Notes under the pieces: generated by a model
The model's database searches: none
What the model was told of the DNA's origin: nothing
Seen by the model: the letters and a program-made list of their open reading frames with translations, nothing else
Shown here: in pieces, positions 56,739 to 64,000 of the stretch
How the letters are laid out: every line of letters begins with the position of its first letter
How positions within the stretch are numbered: position 1 is the first letter of the stretch
Position numbers and translations under genes: made by a program
Source of the DNA: the human T2T-CHM13v2.0 reference genome, Homo sapiens
Direction: 5' to 3' (one strand)
DNA: 64,000 nt
NCBI RefSeq assembly: GCF_009914755.1
Contig: NC_060932.1

Positions 56739-57120
56739 TGCTATGGTTTGAATGTATGTGTTCCTCCAAAATTTATATCTTCGTACTTAAACCTCAAGGT
56801 GATGGTATTAGAAATCAGGGCCTTTGGGAGGTGATTAGGTCTTGAGGCTTTGCATTCATACATGAGATTAGCATCCTTCTAAAAAGGCTGGAGGGAAATA
56901 GCTAGGTCCATTTGCCCTTCCGCACTTCTTTCATTTGAGGACATAGCACTCATCCCTTCTGCCATGTGAAGATAAAACGAGAAGGCCCTCACCAGACACT
57001 GAATCATCTGGTGCCTCGATCTGAGACTTTCCTGACTCCAAAACTGTTAGAAGTGAAATTCTGTTCTTTATAAATTACCCAGTCTGTGGGATTTTGTTAT
57101 AACAGCATGGACAGACTAAG
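56739..57120 (+). mobile_element. MaLR solo LTR (MST/MLT1A-like)
   Basis: tgctatggtttgaatgt...ggcctttgggaggtgattagg...ttgttataacagcatggacagactaag. Confidence 0.85.
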
Positions 57121-59474
57121 CTAAATTTGACAGAATTGAAAAGAAAAACTTTCAAATATGTCAGTGGGAAAAATTGTTTTAAATAAGCCACCTCGCTTTA
57201 AAAAGGGTAAATATATTTTTCTTTTAAAGCAAGCTTTTATTCATAAATGGAAAGCCATTGTAAAGGCCCAGGACCCAGGATCCACAGAAGGAACTGAGAG
57301 CAATTTGGGATGGTTGGAGTATGGAGACTAAGGCAGTCATGGTCCCAGCTGCACTAACCCACCGTGGTCCCCCAAATATGCCGCACATTTTCACAGTATT
57401 AAGTCCTGCTTTTGCCTCTTTCCCATTTTTCCTGACTGAAAAACCCTTGTCCTCTAATGACTCTATGCAACTTTTACCAAAACCCCCTACACCCTTAGCC
57501 ACACTCTGCACCTTAGCTGTTTTTCTATCAGCGTCAATAACTATCATCAAGGGAATGGACAGAATGACTGGGGTCCTCGTCCTTTTATCTGGAAAGTCTT
57601 AAGGTGACTCTTTTGTCCCCACTCCCCCCTGTTTTACAGGTAAAATATCAGAGGTTTAGAGAGGTGGCACCTGCCACGGCCACAGAGCACAGCAGGAAAG
57701 GGAATAAGGATCAGTGTTTGGCCAACTTCGTCACAAGGGATGGCTGAGGCACAGTCTACAAGAGGGCAGCTGCAACCCCCTATGACCCATCTCACCAAAG
57801 GGTCTGCCTGCAGGGGGCCTGAGGCTGAGGCACCCACAGGGTGTGTGGGTTGGGAGCCTGCTCTTCCACCTGCTAAAGGTGTCTGTGTCCCCAGAGGTAA
57901 TTCCATGATGAATTTGCTCCCCAAGATAATTCCATGGTGAAACAATGAGGTTGACGATGAAGGTAATGTCCAACAATGCAACCCATTTGTTAATGAAGAG
58001 GGGAAAGGGAACAGTGAACATAAGAAGCTGTTAATGATAATAGTAACAAATAACTGGCTTAACCTTTAAACACGTGTAGCATACCTTCTGATGTTATTTC
58101 CTTCTACCTTTACAACACTTTTTTGTGTCAATGTTATCAAGTCTTGCAGACCTATGTTTGTCTCCTACCACTCCAGTACTCCAAACCTTCTGTGATTCTC
58201 TAAGATCTCCAGCTTCTTAATGAGTAATCAAGGCTCTTGGGGAAGCAGCCCAGCCTAGTGATCATGGCTGGAAAAAGATCCTGTCCAACTAGCTACCTGC
58301 CCGAGGATCTCACGCAATTCAAAACTTGCGTCCTTTATGTTTTCACAGTGGATAAGTGCAGAGTAAAGGGCTCCAGGTCAGGGTGTATGAATGCATAACA
58401 GTTATTGTTTAGAAGGATATTAGGGAACAGGAAGGAGTGTTGATCTTATAGCCATGATATCTCCCACCCTTTCATTCTCTGAAGATGTAAAAGTGTGTCT
58501 GCTTTAAAGCAGCTTTTTGTTCTCTCAGAACATGGATAGTATTTTGTAAAATGCTCGCAATTAATAGCCTGACATACCTGAGGACTGACAGCCCTTTCCA
58601 TATAATTTTTAGCTATATAACCTTCTTCACACCTTCCATTCCCAAGTTATTGGTTTGAGGTTGCATTTCTCAGCTTGAGCTCAAGCCAAACCACTTAATG
58701 AACAATTACCTGTTGCCATGGCCACGTGACATGGCTGTAATGTATCACAGATGATAACGTCTTCAGCTGCCATCTTTGGACTGCTAAGACGTGTGCCAAT
58801 TCCATTATTTTGAACTATTTGTATAAATGGATGTGTCATTAGCATTTTCTGTTGCACCATCTCACCTCTACGTGATTCAAATTCACATAAAATATGACTG
58901 CATTATAAGGGTTTTTTTGTCCAACAGGCCTGACTTAAAACCTTACCTCTACCATTGTGTCACCCTAACAAGTCACTTAACTCTCAAAGCCTCATTTTTC
59001 TGTTGGATAGAATGGAAGTAATAAGCCTTACCTCACTGGATCATTACAGAAGCTTTCTAGGTAAAGGGGTCAACAGGAGCAAAAGCTGAAGGGTCTGGAA
59101 GCAGTTGGCTGTGGGGAGGGCAGACTGGCAGGAAAGAAGACTGCAAAGGGAGGAGGATATCAATGATGTGGACCCTGAAGGCCTCAGAGGGGTAAGTTGT
59201 GGAAGGTTCTAAGTAGGCACAGTGACGGTGGAGTCATAGGAAGGCACGATCCATGAAGACTTGTTCACTAGGGGTGGGTAACTTTGGAATCTGTCACTCA
59301 TGTTCTCAGTAACATAAGCCTCTTCCTGGGACATGGGACATGTCCTACCTCTAAGTAAGATCCCAGGGATGTTCATGAAACTCACTGAAACCACCTCTGC
59401 CTTAAGGATTCTGAGAGGCTGCAGGGGATGGAAATAGACACTGAACATATCAGGAGACCAGGTTAGAGGCTTCA

Positions 59475-60029
<555 letters not shown>

Positions 60030-62689
60030 TCAGCCCCCACTCTAGAGATGAGAAAACTGTTGGATAGAACTTGAAGGCAGAGTAGGAACTGCTATCTGGG
60101 ATTCCTGAACCCCAGCCAAGTACTCTCACTGTTATCCCTCTTCTGGCTATGCTGTTCACTGCAGCCCTCACACTTGTCCCTACATCCAACTTTATTTTCT
60201 CTGTTCTCCTTTTTTGAAGCATCCTTCACTCACCTATCTAACTCCTATCCAATTCCTGCCTTCTCTTTAGCCAAGCTCAAGGACACCTTCTACAATTATT
60301 CCTAGGCTAATGAGACCTTCCTTTTTTGAAGCTTTGGCATTTATGTGTATCATGGCACAGAAGAAAAAGCATGGGCTTTAGAGCACAACAAATGTGAATC
60401 CACATTCCAGCTCAGTAACTTCTTGGTTTTGTTACCAGGAGCAAAGTTCTATATCTCTCTGACTCCAGTCTTCTCATCTGTAGAATGGGGCTATTTGTGA
60501 GTTTATATCACAGGACATTGTGAGATTACATGAAATCTTACCAAGAGATAACATGAAATGACACATGGACTCCTGGCGGTAACATGTGGGAAATGGGGTC
60601 CAACTTAAGACCGAGGACTGTAGACCCAAATCTTTGCAGGGATGGGCAGATAATGTAAACAAGTAGCAGTCCAATGCTGGGAAGCAATAGGGAATGGTGG
60701 GGACTGTGGAGAACCAGAGAGACCCAAGTTACAGCAAGACAGGCAGTTGTGACTCAGCACCAGGGCTTGAGAAAGGAGTCTCACCATTTTTATTTTTCAA
60801 AAATTTTTTTTGAAATGTTAATTTTTTGATAAAATCTTCCAATTTTAAACTCTTGGCTCAAATTTAAAATAAAATGTTTTGTGGCCTAAACAAAGCAGGC
60901 TGATTGTGGTTTGAAGGTGAAAGGAGGGTGCTTTGCTTTGGGTGTTTGTGAGGCTGCGTGGGACGGCTGGTGCTCCATCTAGGGGCAGGGATGGGAGCTG
61001 ACCACGCATTTCTCAGGTTCCAGTGCCAGCCATGTATTCCCTTTGCCAGGTTTGCGGAATGGTTCCCATGAACAGGGAATTCCCTCCTGCCTGAGAACTA
61101 CAGGCTTTGAGGGGACTGTGACCTGTAAAATGTAGACTTTCAGGCAGGGAGGTAGACTTGTGACTTCAGTTCCATTTGAGCCTTTGTCACAAAGCTCATG
61201 TACTTACTCTGGCACATTTTTCACTGGGCATAATTGCCTTGGAAATTAATCAGCGTAATAACCAGCAGCTAAGAATATCTGCGGCCCACTTCAGCAGCAA
61301 TAGTAAAATTTGCCTGTTCCTTGGCAATTACTATTACTGCACTCTATTCCTTTGTGCAACTGATAATTAAGTTCCTCTTCTGGAGGGTGGGAGATAATCT
61401 TATTACCTATAGATGTTAATAAGGTGTGCTTTCTCACCCACACTCACACTTACTTTCAGGATATAGACTCCCACACGTTATTATTAGCAATTAAAATAGT
61501 CACCCAGGATGTGAAACTCTTTATCCCCGAGGACTAAGTTAGTTCACTCACAAAGTCCAACAGTGCAGCTTAGGGAGATGCATGGTCAGAGGGAATGTAA
61601 GGACAAAACTCACCAGAATGACATTGATTCTGATTCAGTAAGCTTGTTACACACAGAAGGTGATGAGCACCTGTCCTGTTCCAGGAGCAGGACACTGCAC
61701 TTTGCAGGCATCACCTTGTCTGATCTTCTCCTCAGTATTGCAAGGCACATTCTGTCATTACCATCTTATAGACAATGAAACTGAGACTCTTCGATGAAGC
61801 TATAAAGCTTTTTCTCACCCGGTACGTACGGCTTTCCTTGATCTGGCCCCTGCTGCCTCTGCTGAATCATCTCCTACCTTGAACTTCATGCTCCGGAGAT
61901 ACTGAAAAGCTTAGATTTTCTGGACAGCAAACTACTTCTTGCCATCCTGCCTTTGCTTGTACTGCACCCTGGGGCCTGGGATGCCTTCCCCTTGTCTGTT
62001 ACCCTCGCATTACTGACTCTCACTGACATTTTATGGTTCCATTCAAAGTTCAAGGATCCCTGCCTGACCCCCAATCTGGCCTGGGTCAGGGATGCTGCCC
62101 CTGTGCTAGCATAATGTTGCAGACATCCTTCTCTCATTGCACCTGTCACCCCATGTTGCAATGATCTGTTTATGTAACCATTTCCCCCACTAAACTAGGG
62201 ACTTCAAGGTAAGCACTGTGATGTATGTAATATATTGATATATGTATATACTTACATTATACATATATAACAGAAACCACAAGTTCAATTGATAACTGTT
62301 TAATGAAGGACAGAACATCCAATAGTTGAACCACACCATCAAATGGCCAGTGAGTGGTGGCCTGCTAGAATCAGAGAATCTTAGTCTCACAAACTTGAAG
62401 CAAACTTAGAATATAACATCTTTAGATAGTGGAATGATAATGTCTATTGGTGCTTTAGAATGGGATTTCATGGTATTATGTATTCTACCGAAAAGATCAA
62501 CCAGGATTGCACAAAACCCACCTTTTTCCTCAGGTCCCTTCTCAGAGGATCTGGAAGGAAACAAACATGCAGAGGACAAGGGGGAAATGGGAGCCAACAC
62601 ATGGTGGTGTGATGTGGGGGCTGCAGCATGAGCTTCAGTGCAGAGCTCCCAGACAAAGAGAGCATGTGCTTAGGTGGGAGGGCCAAGGG

Positions 62690-63360
62690 ATCTCCCTCTC
62701 CTAATGCAAATGTGGCCACCATCCCACTGGCTGACGCCTGCCCTTGGAAGTCACAAGGCAGCTCCGAGTGAGAGTAGAGGAAGCACAGCAGTCACCCTGG
62801 CTGTGTTGAGGGAGCCAACATGGAAGCTGCTCCCCGTCCTGCTGGAGGGATAGAGACCCCTGGAGAGACCTCACCATGCACAGAGACCCTCCTCATGGTC
62901 AACACTCACAAAGCATTGTCTTGTATCTGACTCAGATTGCTACTGGGGCAGCCATGAGAAGGGACCTTGCGGAGCTCCAACTACAGGAAGCATAACTGAC
63001 CAAGGGCCTACGGCTGTGCTTGGAAGTCCAAGGCAGGGTTTGCACAGAGGCCTCGTCCCCTTCATGCCTGCTCCTAGCCAATGTCCCAGGGCATGTAGGT
63101 ATACCACAGTGGGCAAGGCTCCTGGGGCACACAGGACTCCTCCGGCTCCTCTTGGATGACCTTGCCAGCTTACATCCAACTGAAGTCTAGGGCACATTCA
63201 CCTCCCCTCTGCCCATCTCCTTCACATGCAGAACTTTCTGAAGGTCTCTACCTTTCACAGTTGCCACTCCATGTTTTTCCTCACAGGTGTTTCCTCTACT
63301 GCAATCTGCACACTTGATCTAGTTTGGGCTTCTGTTTCTCAGAAGACCCAGATTCAGACA
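62690..63360. mobile_element. Old ERVL-class LTR (family uncertain)
   Basis: LTR-like end ...gcttctgtttctcagaagacccagattcagaca; boundaries approximate. Confidence 0.4.
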
Positions 63361-63884
63361 CCACTCCCACATCTTTGAGTCAGAAGCCTCAATAACACCT
63401 TCCCTGCTACAGTGTCTGGCCCCAGAATTGGCGAATATGTTGGGCAAGCAGTCTTATCTCAGTGGTGGTCACACACTTACCCTTGAAAAAATTGGGGCTG
63501 CAGGTCAAGCATGTTCAATTCACATGTAAATGGATACGATTGCACGTAAACTTTCTATGACTGTAATTTTTTGAAAGGTAGGTGTTAACATTGGAGAATA
63601 AAATCTCTTGGGATGTACCAAAAATGTTTGTAAACACTTATAATCGTAGAGCATATAATTGTCATTTTTGTCACCACAAGGTAGTTGCAAACTAATAAAA
63701 GAGGGAAGAAATAAAGCAAGAAGACAGAGAGGAATATGTTTAACCATCTCAATTTTATAGAAAGATAAGGACATTTAAAAGACACGTGGGAAAGATGGTG
63801 GGGGTGGGCCTGTTGAAGGGACAGTATTCAAATGAAGTAATTACATGCTAAGCTGGAACTATGGTGTAAGATATCATTACTCAC

Positions 63885-63930
63885 CGGCATGGGGGATCAT
63901 CAGCACACTGGTGAGGAGAAACGCAATCAT
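63885..63930 (-). CDS. OC90: OC90 first coding exon, signal peptide MIAFLLTSVLMIPHA(G)
   Basis: ATG at 63930-63928 (gctATG), hydrophobic leader, gtgagt donor; the exon's 5'UTR part runs to an acceptor (ctctcccag) at 63977, so the promoter and exon 1 lie beyond the window. Confidence 0.95.
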
Positions 63931-64000
63931 AGCAGGAGAACAAAGGATGGGGCTTAGGCAGCAACTGGAACAGACTCCTGGGAGAGAAGCCAGCAGAATA

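Noticed and set aside
63978-64000. HHLA1 exons, HERV-H LTR or the OC90 promoter
   Set aside because: Expected upstream of OC90 from prior knowledge, but not present in this window

Overview
This is mammalian (primate, almost certainly human) genomic DNA, not prokaryotic. Two genes converge tail-to-tail. On the + strand are the last five coding exons and ~2.6-kb 3'UTR of EFR3A, ending ...VPVYEMKFPDLCVY*. On the - strand is the entire coding region of OC90 (otoconin-90). I reconstructed it by hand from GT-AG-bounded exons: 1434 nt (477 aa), or 1482 nt (493 aa) with a 48-nt cassette exon. It encodes a signal peptide, two degenerate secreted-PLA2-like domains and an acidic tail. The rest is intron and intergenic DNA full of Alu, L1, L2, MIR, LTR and DNA-transposon relics, which explain most of the supplied ORF track. 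Both genes are known and I see no new multi-gene system. The best leads are: (1) a furin/dibasic/MMP-like/amidation motif cluster at the OC90 C-terminus that could release a small peptide; (2) a perfect 23-bp-stem hairpin downstream of EFR3A; (3) a duplicated, hairpin-bearing EFR3A intron segment; (4) RFX X-boxes in OC90 introns; (5) a ~445-bp purine tract grown from an Alu tail beside an OC90 exon. Repeat family names come from recalled consensus similarity and need RepeatMasker/Dfam confirmation.
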